DNA from: a virus
Taxonomy: Duplodnaviria > Caudoviricetes
Virus record (IMG/VR): IMGVR_UViG_3300021514_000002
Coordinates: 192,001-256,000 of that record
Direction: 5' to 3' (one strand)
Length of the DNA stretch: 64,000 bases
Positions 28,916 to 36,831 of this stretch are shown in pieces. The translations under genes and the position numbers were made by a program. The notes under the pieces were generated by a model. That model did not search any database, had not been told where the DNA came from, and saw only the letters and a list, made by a program, of their open reading frames with translations. Numbering within the stretch: the stretch's first letter is position 1; every line of letters begins with the position of its first letter.

Positions 28916-29551
28916 TTATGTCCTTATGATGTATATTAAGTTATCGCCAGGTGACGCAATATTTGGCACATCAAATGTAGTTACAGACAGCGGACTTCCT
29001 AAACTAAAAGTATCACCAATTTCAATATAAAGTGCAGCAAATCGTGCTTTGTTTACAGATTGTCCAGAACATTCTAGTTCATTTGCCGACATTGTATTTC
29101 TTGCATCAATCCGTATGGTACCCGGTGAAATATTAACAGATACCCAATGGGTACCATTAAAAGTAAAGTGGTCTTTTGATGTCGTGTCGTACCAATGTTG
29201 TCCTATGATTGGTGTAGTTATTCCATTACCAATCCCAAGGTCGTTTTCGTCTTTTGGCATTACTGGATGAATAGTTTCATCATAAAGCGTCGTAGGGGAA
29301 CCTACAATAAAAGTGTCGCCTGTTACTTTTCGTGGGCAGGAAAAATTTTCCAACATACGGTATAAATTTTGATCTACGCCTTCGCCCCATTTTAGTGAAC
29401 CAAATCCAAATAAGCGCAGATCTGTCTGTCGGGCTAATCCAGCCGGACCATTTAACTCACCTGGTCCAATAACAAACGAATTGGCTTCCTTTTCAGATAA
29501 AATAGCTGCGTCATTGAAGGCTGTTTTCTTTATTACGAACGTTTCTGACAT
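28916..29551 (-). CDS. Virion structural protein (same N-terminal family)
   Basis: LRLFGFGSLKWGEGVDQNLYRMLENFS, PIIGQHWYD, collar-like LECSGQSVNKARFAALYIEIG; GATAAATA at 29583-29590. Confidence 0.75.
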   Translation of the reverse strand: MSETFVIKKTAFNDAAILSEKEANSFVIGPGELNGPAGLARQTDLRLFGFGSLKWGEGVDQNLYRMLENFSCPRKVTGDTFIVGSPTTLYDETIHPVMPKDENDLGIGNGITTPIIGQHWYDTTSKDHFTFNGTHWVSVNISPGTIRIDARNTMSANELECSGQSVNKARFAALYIEIGDTFSLGSPLSVTTFDVPNIASPGDNLIYIIRT

Positions 29552-29605
29552 AATATATCCATTAAATAATTAATTATATGACTATTTATCACAGGCATAT
29601 AATCT

Positions 29606-30292
29606 TTATAATCCTAATTCAGTCACGTATTGTTTCACGATTTCTACCTCGTTTGGTTGTTTGTTGAATCTTCCTGTCCAATAATCTGGATTTACGATAG
29701 TTTCCAGTACTATTCTTTCTTCCGAGGAAGTGGTATTAATATAGAATTTTGCGAATTTCTTACTATTTAATAACATCCATGGCGATAACCTGCGTTGATG
29801 TAATAATTGTATCACTTCATTTGGCGTTAATATATTAAATACTTCGCTTACATCTACTTCCGCCGCATCTGCGATATCAAATAGAGTTTTTATTGTTATT
29901 TTGACCAGTTCCCTAGTTGGCAATTTTCGTGTAATATATTCAAGATATTTTCGATATGCTGTGTCACTTGACCAGTAATTAGGATCTATACCCGAACCTA
30001 CCATTAATTCTATAAATACGCCAATATCTGGTAATTGGGTTTTTTTCACAAATTTTGTGAAATTGAAAAATGTAGTGAAGTACCTAGATTTCTTAAAAGC
30101 CATTGCTGACGAGGGCACGCTTTTATGTTTCACTTTCATCCAAGATTTATAATAATTCCACGCAGCTTGACCTGCAACCGATTTAAAATCTTTCTCGCGA
30201 ATCATTGCAGTACATTCATGTCGTAAAAATCTTGCTTCGGTTGTAAATGTTGCCCTGCAAAAATTACACCTATGTAAAATTTCTCTTGTCAT
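29606..30292 (-). CDS. Conserved phage protein with N-terminal C2H2-like zinc finger
   Basis: CNFC..F..E..F..HEC; adjacent to the clamp-loader small subunit. Confidence 0.65.
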   Translation of the reverse strand: MTREILHRCNFCRATFTTEARFLRHECTAMIREKDFKSVAGQAAWNYYKSWMKVKHKSVPSSAMAFKKSRYFTTFFNFTKFVKKTQLPDIGVFIELMVGSGIDPNYWSSDTAYRKYLEYITRKLPTRELVKITIKTLFDIADAAEVDVSEVFNILTPNEVIQLLHQRRLSPWMLLNSKKFAKFYINTTSSEERIVLETIVNPDYWTGRFNKQPNEVEIVKQYVTELGL

Positions 30293-30293
30293 A

Positions 30294-30773
30294 TTATGCC
30301 TGTCTCGTCTTTAATTCCCTTTTTATTACAGTGATTTCTTGCGCTTGCCTGCCAAGTTGTTCTGCAAAAGAAAGTATATCGTCATTTGAGATTACGGGCA
30401 AGACATCTAATGCATCAATAGTATTATAACTAAAAAATTCTTTTATAACTCCAACAACTTTTGGCGTTGAAGTCGTTTTTTTGCTTTTTGTCTTATTGAA
30501 CTTATATCGCTGAGTTTTACCTGACGCGCACAATGTTATAAGATTAACTAACAATTCTTTATGTTTGCCCAAATTAAAAACGAACGGATTAACTAATTCG
30601 TTTAAAAAATAAACCTGACGTGCATCGTCCGTACCAGACATCCATCTCATTAAAATTAATGGACTGATCTCTTTGGCTTGATCTTCGGTAAGCGATTTAT
30701 AAAATTTTCTGTTCTTCCTACTTAGATTAGGAAGAACTTCATTAAACAAATCTAATTTATATTGTTTAACCAT
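30294..30773 (-). CDS. Clamp loader small subunit (gp62-like)
   Basis: PLILMRWMS..LNELVN..RYKF..K..VIKEFFSYN..A..L pattern of gp62-like proteins. Confidence 0.65.
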   Translation of the reverse strand: MVKQYKLDLFNEVLPNLSRKNRKFYKSLTEDQAKEISPLILMRWMSGTDDARQVYFLNELVNPFVFNLGKHKELLVNLITLCASGKTQRYKFNKTKSKKTTSTPKVVGVIKEFFSYNTIDALDVLPVISNDDILSFAEQLGRQAQEITVIKRELKTRQA

Positions 30774-31101
30774 TTGCTGCGTTTATCCGACGGTTACAGA
30801 ATTTGCATTCCACGTAACCATCTTTTTGAACCAAATGCTCATAAGGATGGATACAGTCTTTAACCATTACTTGTCGCAATGCTTGTATTTCATCAAGCAT
30901 TGGTTGTTTTTCATCCTTAATAATATTAAGGATTTTTTCTTCAATCGGTCGAAGCTTTTCAATTAACTTTTCCATATTAGCAAGTTTACGCTTCCACGCA
31001 GTTTTTTCACTACGATCTGCATGGTTCGATATGCTCTCGAATAAATTACGTTCTACCGCCTGTTCTGGTGTTTCATTTTCTGGTTTTTTTCTTCTAGCCA
31101 T
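30766..31101 (-). CDS. Hypothetical protein with C-terminal zinc-binding motif
   Basis: Coiled coil followed by CIHP..CKFC. Confidence 0.65.
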   Translation of the reverse strand: MARRKKPENETPEQAVERNLFESISNHADRSEKTAWKRKLANMEKLIEKLRPIEEKILNIIKDEKQPMLDEIQALRQVMVKDCIHPYEHLVQKDGYVECKFCNRRINAANG

Positions 31102-31298
31102 TATTTTATTAACTCCTCAGAAACGACATCTTTTTCATGACAAACCATATTCAATTTTATATTAATTTCGGTTGGTAACCCAAATAACGTGATTGATGAA
31201 GCTACTGTTTCAAATTCTGTTATTGTTCCTTCAAGATTGTGTTGTTCTAAAAATACAATCAAATCTTCAGGTGTTGTTGGCATTATCATGCTTTTCAT
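31101..31298 (-). CDS. Hypothetical protein
   Basis: Overlaps both neighbours. Confidence 0.55.
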   Translation of the reverse strand: MKSMIMPTTPEDLIVFLEQHNLEGTITEFETVASSITLFGLPTEINIKLNMVCHEKDVVSEELIK

Positions 31299-32602
31299 TT
31301 TACTAACTCCATTGCATCATCAAATTTGTTCACTCTAAGTTCTTTGATGAATTGTTTTCCAATATCAGAATCTTTATCAACTATCATACTTGGTTTAGTT
31401 TCAAGTTGTGCTTTTAGAACCTCATATTGAAGTTTCGTTCTTTCCATGTAAGATTCTGGAACCCTCATGGCATCAGAAACTTTGCGTTGGAAATATTCAA
31501 GATCATCTAACATACCAAGACCTTGACCACATGGTAATGTTTCAACAAGTGAACCCCGCCCTTCTGGATTTGATGAAGAAATGAAATCTTCTGTTATCCA
31601 TTTACCATCACGGACAACTTTTGAGGTCATTTGTGGTATATACGGTGCATAAAAATATCCAGTATCTAATTGTTTCGGTTCTGTTTCAAAATCAAACACG
31701 AGTTGTTTTTCACAATTTTCTTCGTCTATATTAAGCAACTCTACCCCTAATGACTTTATGTGAATTGGTATGTGAATGAATTCTGCGGCATCATTTGGTT
31801 TAATAGTAACATCAACGTGCAATTTATTGTTATCAATACGACTAGGCGTATTATTGGTTTCATCACAAACTACCGAATAGTCAACGATGCTACTGTTTGA
31901 AAGAATATTAGTAATATCACATCTCACCCGCTCGTGGGTTAATGAATCATTTGGTTTGTCTATGTGGACTGCCAGTCCCGCTTGAATGTTTCTTTTAAGA
32001 TCTATAAGCTGTCTGCGTACGTTTACCTTATCGAAAGATGAAGTGTCAGATAGTGCTTCACTTTTTATAGTTGTTAAAGTTAAAATCTCTGCTTTCAATT
32101 CAACAATCTCATCTTTAAGTTTACAAATGGTATCCTTGTCGTCCCTCATGTCGACTAAATCATCATAACTATACCCAAACGCCGTGTTATAATGCGTATG
32201 GTCAAAAGACCCATAAGGTATATTCATTAATGTATTTGTTGTAATATTATTAATTTGCGTTTGCACATCATCTGTGATTTTTGCTGTATGCATTATTGGA
32301 ACGTGAACGTCTTCGATATGTTCGGAAGATGGTTTTGGCATACAACCACGTGATGATACACCGAGACTAATCGGTTTATTGAGCAATTTCATTGCTTCGT
32401 GTATTGTTTCTATATTTACTTCTGGTGCTGGGGTATTAGAATAAGTGCAGGGCGAAGCTGGATAATCAAACATATTTAAAAATGAAAAATTATCATCTAT
32501 AGCCGATACACATGGACTTTTTAGTTTTGGTTTGGTTTCTTTTTTGTTAATCTCTGGTAAGAACTTATCGAACTCGTCTAAGAAATTTTGATTTTTTATC
32601 AT
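31295..32602 (-). CDS. Mosaic protein with tail-sheath, major-capsid and portal-like fragments
   Basis: SSFDKVNVRR..VVCDETNNTPSRIDNN..IKP (gp18 C-terminus), DTGYFYAPYIP (gp23 motif), EDF..GRGSLVETLPCGQGLGMLDDLEYFQRK..MRVPESY (gp20 segment). Confidence 0.75.
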   Translation of the reverse strand: MIKNQNFLDEFDKFLPEINKKETKPKLKSPCVSAIDDNFSFLNMFDYPASPCTYSNTPAPEVNIETIHEAMKLLNKPISLGVSSRGCMPKPSSEHIEDVHVPIMHTAKITDDVQTQINNITTNTLMNIPYGSFDHTHYNTAFGYSYDDLVDMRDDKDTICKLKDEIVELKAEILTLTTIKSEALSDTSSFDKVNVRRQLIDLKRNIQAGLAVHIDKPNDSLTHERVRCDITNILSNSSIVDYSVVCDETNNTPSRIDNNKLHVDVTIKPNDAAEFIHIPIHIKSLGVELLNIDEENCEKQLVFDFETEPKQLDTGYFYAPYIPQMTSKVVRDGKWITEDFISSSNPEGRGSLVETLPCGQGLGMLDDLEYFQRKVSDAMRVPESYMERTKLQYEVLKAQLETKPSMIVDKDSDIGKQFIKELRVNKFDDAMELVK

Positions 32603-32612
32603 TATTGTTCTC

Positions 32613-33545
32613 TTATACTTGTGATAGCCGTATGAACATCGCGGCGGCGTTTATTTCCTGGTCTGCAATGACGGCGTTTTTGTAAAGATGATCGGTAAGT
32701 ATAACAATACCAGCTTCCCAATTATCTTCGTTGCTATATTTTTTTGATTTGTGTAGATTTTCATATAGGAATCTATATAGATCTTCCCATTCTTCTGTTG
32801 CAACATTCGCACACGTGAGTGATCTGGCACCTTTCCAATTATCTGCGCTAATCATATCCAATAACTTAAATTTATAATCACCTGATTCACTTTCCATGAC
32901 AAGGGATTGAAGACTACCATCAATTGAATTCTGTTGTAATAGATTTATAATTTTTCGGATATCGGGATATCCGACTGCAATATACTTGTCTAATAAATCA
33001 ATACCGAATTTTATTTTTTCAGATAACAATATTGTTGCACAATATTCTGCGATCTCATCGCGATCTGAGGCTTTAAATCTAAATTGCTGACTGCGGGATT
33101 TAATTGCTGGCATTATTTTATTTTCATAATTACAAGTAAGTATGAAACGTGCTGGACAATCTGGATCTTCCATGTACTTTCGAAGAACAGCTTGAGCGTT
33201 TTGTGTAAGGTAGTCCGCTTCTTCTAATTGTATAACCTTAAATTCGCCCATTGCGAAAGTGGTTATAAAACTTTTGATTCTATCGCGCATGAAGTCAACA
33301 GAATTATCGTCACTTGCATTAATAAGAAGAACGTCTGTTGGATCAACATCGAGTTCCTTTATTAAGATTTGAGCTATTGTAGTTTTACCACTGCCCTGCA
33401 CGCCAGATAATAGTAAATGTGGAATAGTTTTATTTTCGACCATTTGTTGAAATGCTTTCTTATGGGATTCGTCATGAAAAATATACTCGTTGAGAGTAGC
33501 AGGTCTAAATTTTTCAACCCATAATACGTGTTTATTGGATTTCAT
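32613..33545 (-). CDS. Clamp loader large subunit (gp44/RFC-like AAA+)
   Basis: LWVEKFRP, HLLLSGVQGSGKTT, INASDD, ARFILTCNY..IMPAIKSR. Confidence 0.93.
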   Translation of the reverse strand: MKSNKHVLWVEKFRPATLNEYIFHDESHKKAFQQMVENKTIPHLLLSGVQGSGKTTIAQILIKELDVDPTDVLLINASDDNSVDFMRDRIKSFITTFAMGEFKVIQLEEADYLTQNAQAVLRKYMEDPDCPARFILTCNYENKIMPAIKSRSQQFRFKASDRDEIAEYCATILLSEKIKFGIDLLDKYIAVGYPDIRKIINLLQQNSIDGSLQSLVMESESGDYKFKLLDMISADNWKGARSLTCANVATEEWEDLYRFLYENLHKSKKYSNEDNWEAGIVILTDHLYKNAVIADQEINAAAMFIRLSQV

Positions 33546-33604
33546 TATAATTATTATTCTCCGTATTATGGATGAATAATACTATAATGGGTAACCGTTG
33601 TCAA

Positions 33605-34609
33605 CTACTTTTGTTTATTAAAATTAATTTGTTCAGTGTTGCTTGGTTGCTTGGTTACTTTTTCATGAACTGTTCTTTGTTTTGTTAATCCTTCTTCTAC
33701 CAATTCAGCAATTTGCCATTCTTTTAATGTTGGGTTTGGGATATTACCTACTGGTTCAGTTTTATTAGTTGCAGGAACATCAGCGGGTCGCTCAGATTTA
33801 ATAGGCGCAATAGGTTCATCAAGGGTATCGTCATCTGATAACGTATATTCAACAATCTTATGTTCATGTTCTACATGTCCAAATTCTTTCTTGCGCTCAC
33901 GTATTGCATGATTCACCCCTAACGTGAGGGCAACAGCTAATGGATCAAATGCAAACATTATTAATATTATCATCCATTTAGTTGCATCATCTGTTTCAGT
34001 TGAGAATGCTTTGGCAATGAAGATAATTGGACCAGTATGAACTTCGTTTATTAGTTTTTTCTGCTTAAGTTCAGAAATTTTTATTGTTTTTTCACTAATC
34101 TGTCTGGTATATAATTGAATATCATTGCGCAAGCGATCATATTCCGCCGCATTTGCGGCGATAAGTCGTTCTCTACCCTTAATATAATTATTTGGCAGAG
34201 ATGCGATGTCAGCATCTATTTGTTTTCTTCGGACAAGTCTTTCTCTCTTAAAGGTTTGCAACTCATTACGTTCTGTTTCCAATAATAATATTTGCTGTTC
34301 TTGCTGCTTTAATGGTAGCGCATCTTGTTGGTAACCCATTGAAAGAAATCCGAATATACCTGCAGAGGTAATTAACATCAATACCAAAATTGCTAAAATA
34401 AGGTACCATTTCATTGCTTGTGAAATACTATCACGATATCGATAAATATATGATACTGCAACTAACTTACCGGCTTCAAGCGATGTCCCCATTGTGACAA
34501 CAGGCCAAAAAATTCCTGAAAATATGGCAGCTAGGCCGTATATACTAAAAAATGCGGCAGTTCCCGCAATTGCAAGTGTGGTTAATATAAGAATGACGAT
34601 AAAACCCAT
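33605..34609 (-). CDS. Membrane protein with coiled coil
   Basis: Three N-terminal TM segments, SLEAGKLV, GIFGFLS, coiled coil, GPIIFIA, FAFDPLAV. Ends in TAG. Confidence 0.75.
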   Translation of the reverse strand: MGFIVILILTTLAIAGTAAFFSIYGLAAIFSGIFWPVVTMGTSLEAGKLVAVSYIYRYRDSISQAMKWYLILAILVLMLITSAGIFGFLSMGYQQDALPLKQQEQQILLLETERNELQTFKRERLVRRKQIDADIASLPNNYIKGRERLIAANAAEYDRLRNDIQLYTRQISEKTIKISELKQKKLINEVHTGPIIFIAKAFSTETDDATKWMIILIMFAFDPLAVALTLGVNHAIRERKKEFGHVEHEHKIVEYTLSDDDTLDEPIAPIKSERPADVPATNKTEPVGNIPNPTLKEWQIAELVEEGLTKQRTVHEKVTKQPSNTEQINFNKQK

Positions 34610-34652
34610 AAAAATTCTCCGATTTTAGATATATTTATGGGTTTAGAAAAGT

Positions 34653-34982
34653 TTACACCAAATAATCTTCGTCGATTGCCATCAACTTAGAATCATCTGT
34701 GCCCCAATAAGATATACCATCAACTTCTAACGATTCTGTCCATTGGAGTGCTTCTATTAAAACTCTTGAGCCAACTTTAATATCTGACATTACTTCATTG
34801 CCAATTGATACAACTATTCCCCATCTTGGACCTTTTGCGCTTTCATCATAACTAGACATCTCAAATCCCCAGTCAGTTTTTTCTTCAAATTGTGAACGAC
34901 TTTGGCCGAAATCTGATTTTCTTACAATACTATCTTCAAATTGGAAGATGATACGATTGCGAATAGCTCTTAATGTTGACAT
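34653..34982 (-). CDS. GroES-like co-chaperonin
   Basis: LRAIRNRIIF..RWGIVVSIGNEV..IKVGSRVL pattern of Cpn10. Confidence 0.75.
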   Translation of the reverse strand: MSTLRAIRNRIIFQFEDSIVRKSDFGQSRSQFEEKTDWGFEMSSYDESAKGPRWGIVVSIGNEVMSDIKVGSRVLIEALQWTESLEVDGISYWGTDDSKLMAIDEDYLV

Positions 34983-34984
34983 TA

Positions 34985-35305
34985 TTATTCCTTATTTTTT
35001 ATAGTTTTTTTCTTTCTTGCTTTCTGTTTAGTTGTTGGTGGTGTATCCGCTACCACGTTGTTTGTTACTACTGCTTCGGTGGCAGGTAAATTTTCTTCTG
35101 CCGCTGGAAGTATTGGTGCAACCTCAACAGCCAATTGTTCAACAACAGGAAGCTTCTTCTTCAATCTACGCTTTAATCGATTTTCGATAAAGTTTTGACG
35201 GTTCTTAACTTCTACTGGCGTTGGGGCAGCTGCAAGTTGTGCTTTGATTTTCAAGTAATCAAAATCAATAATTTCGCCTTTTGCGCTTTTAACCTTCTTT
35301 CCCAT
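34985..35305 (-). CDS. Hypothetical protein
   Basis: AGGAG SD; co-oriented. Confidence 0.65.
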   Translation of the reverse strand: MGKKVKSAKGEIIDFDYLKIKAQLAAAPTPVEVKNRQNFIENRLKRRLKKKLPVVEQLAVEVAPILPAAEENLPATEAVVTNNVVADTPPTTKQKARKKKTIKNKE

Positions 35306-35326
35306 TTTAATCTCCTATTAAACTGA

Positions 35327-35884
35327 TTAAGTTCGTAAAAAATCTTTTATATCTAGGTCATAGTAGAAACTGTCAACATCATGAACACCAATGACGTATA
35401 ACACGTACGAAGATACACTACTTCCACGTCCTACTCCCCAAACTATATTTTTTTCTACTAACGTATTTATAATATATATCACGGCTTTAATAGTGTCAAA
35501 AAGTCCCATTTTGTCGTAAAGTACTAATTCTTCGGCACATCGTTGCTCACGAAGCGTAATATCATCCTCTGAACCCGATTGTTCTAATAATTTATCTGCA
35601 ACATACGTGACAACATTTAATGTTTTGTATTTTTCAGGCATATTCCAATCAAATGATAATTCACTGACGTTGGTTTTAACTGAAATCTTTTCCGACGCTG
35701 GAACCAACTTATTATATTGTACAATATCGTCTGTTAAACTCTCAACGAATAAATGTTCAATACTGTTACCATTCGTAATATTATTGATTATATTATTAGC
35801 ATCAACGGTAGAATCTCCATCAAACCATAACGTGCGATTCTTTAATTTGATGCTATTATTCGAATGGGCTTGAAACATTTCCAT
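35327..35884 (-). CDS. DnaE-like N-proximal piece (GRGS motif)
   Basis: R..EEL..IVWGVGRGSSVSSYVLYVIGVHDVDS..YDLDIKDFL (cf. [32 protein letters not shown]). Confidence 0.8.
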   Translation of the reverse strand: MEMFQAHSNNSIKLKNRTLWFDGDSTVDANNIINNITNGNSIEHLFVESLTDDIVQYNKLVPASEKISVKTNVSELSFDWNMPEKYKTLNVVTYVADKLLEQSGSEDDITLREQRCAEELVLYDKMGLFDTIKAVIYIINTLVEKNIVWGVGRGSSVSSYVLYVIGVHDVDSFYYDLDIKDFLRT

Positions 35885-36251
35885 CCGACGTATCTATATT
35901 TGGTGTTACTGCCTTACCGCCATTTGCCGCAGGATCTAATAGTTGACGAGCAGCCGGTGTCATTTCCACGTTGGTTGGGATAAAACCACCAACAGGTGGT
36001 GGTGGCTGAAACCCCTGCGGAGGTGCGGGTGCAGGCGTTGGCGTATTATATACGGGTGGCATTGGTTGTGTTGTTTGTACTTTTTCGATTACAATTTTCT
36101 CTTCTATAATTCCATCAATTTTATCACGGATTAATTTCCATTGATCAAAATTAGGACTCCATTCATCGGATTGTAGTTCTTCAACGCCCTGTAACCACGC
36201 TCTAAATTCTTTTAAACTTTGTTTAATTTTTCTTCTTCTTGTCGCTGCCAT
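35856..36251 (-). CDS. Hypothetical protein
   Basis: EFRAWLQGVEE..WSP..QWK.I..KI followed by a Pro-rich tail. Confidence 0.65.
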   Translation of the reverse strand: MAATRRRKIKQSLKEFRAWLQGVEELQSDEWSPNFDQWKLIRDKIDGIIEEKIVIEKVQTTQPMPPVYNTPTPAPAPPQGFQPPPPVGGFIPTNVEMTPAARQLLDPAANGGKAVTPNIDTSDGNVSSPFE

Positions 36252-36292
36252 TTTTATTATTATCCTACATTTATTAATTTATTTCATGTTAC

Positions 36293-36778
36293 TTATATTA
36301 TGTCGCCGACAACTTTATCTTTAAGATACTTATTGTATGAATCAGACGGTGAGATATTTATCCACGCATCTGGTGATATTGGGTGACATAGCATTTGATA
36401 TTTATTTAAAGATGGTCCAATGTTTTGGAAGTTTGGATAATAATCATTTACCGTAATCGTTTCCAGTTCTGGTAATTTCATATTCATGCCATATATCATC
36501 GCTTTAAATTCTTTGCCTGCCAATTCAGCAACTTCTACAACATCCAATTGGTAAGTTTCATCATCTGAAACCAAAATATTCCAATTTGCGGGTAAATTAA
36601 AAGTAAATCCTCTAATTGTAACCGAAATAGTTGGACAATTGATTTCTTCAAATACTAACAAGGGCGCGAGCGTGAAGTCCATCAAGGTCAAATCAAGAAC
36701 ATACATATATTCAGATAAGGTTGGACCTTGAATACTATCGAGAATTATTGGATCGTTATTTTCATTAAATATTAACAT
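36293..36778 (-). CDS. Hypothetical protein
   Basis: Co-oriented ORF next to uvsW. Confidence 0.7.
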   Translation of the reverse strand: MLIFNENNDPIILDSIQGPTLSEYMYVLDLTLMDFTLAPLLVFEEINCPTISVTIRGFTFNLPANWNILVSDDETYQLDVVEVAELAGKEFKAMIYGMNMKLPELETITVNDYYPNFQNIGPSLNKYQMLCHPISPDAWINISPSDSYNKYLKDKVVGDII

Positions 36779-36831
36779 TATTATTCTTATTCTTATTTTA
36801 TAGTTATTATATTATAATACACTAATATACT

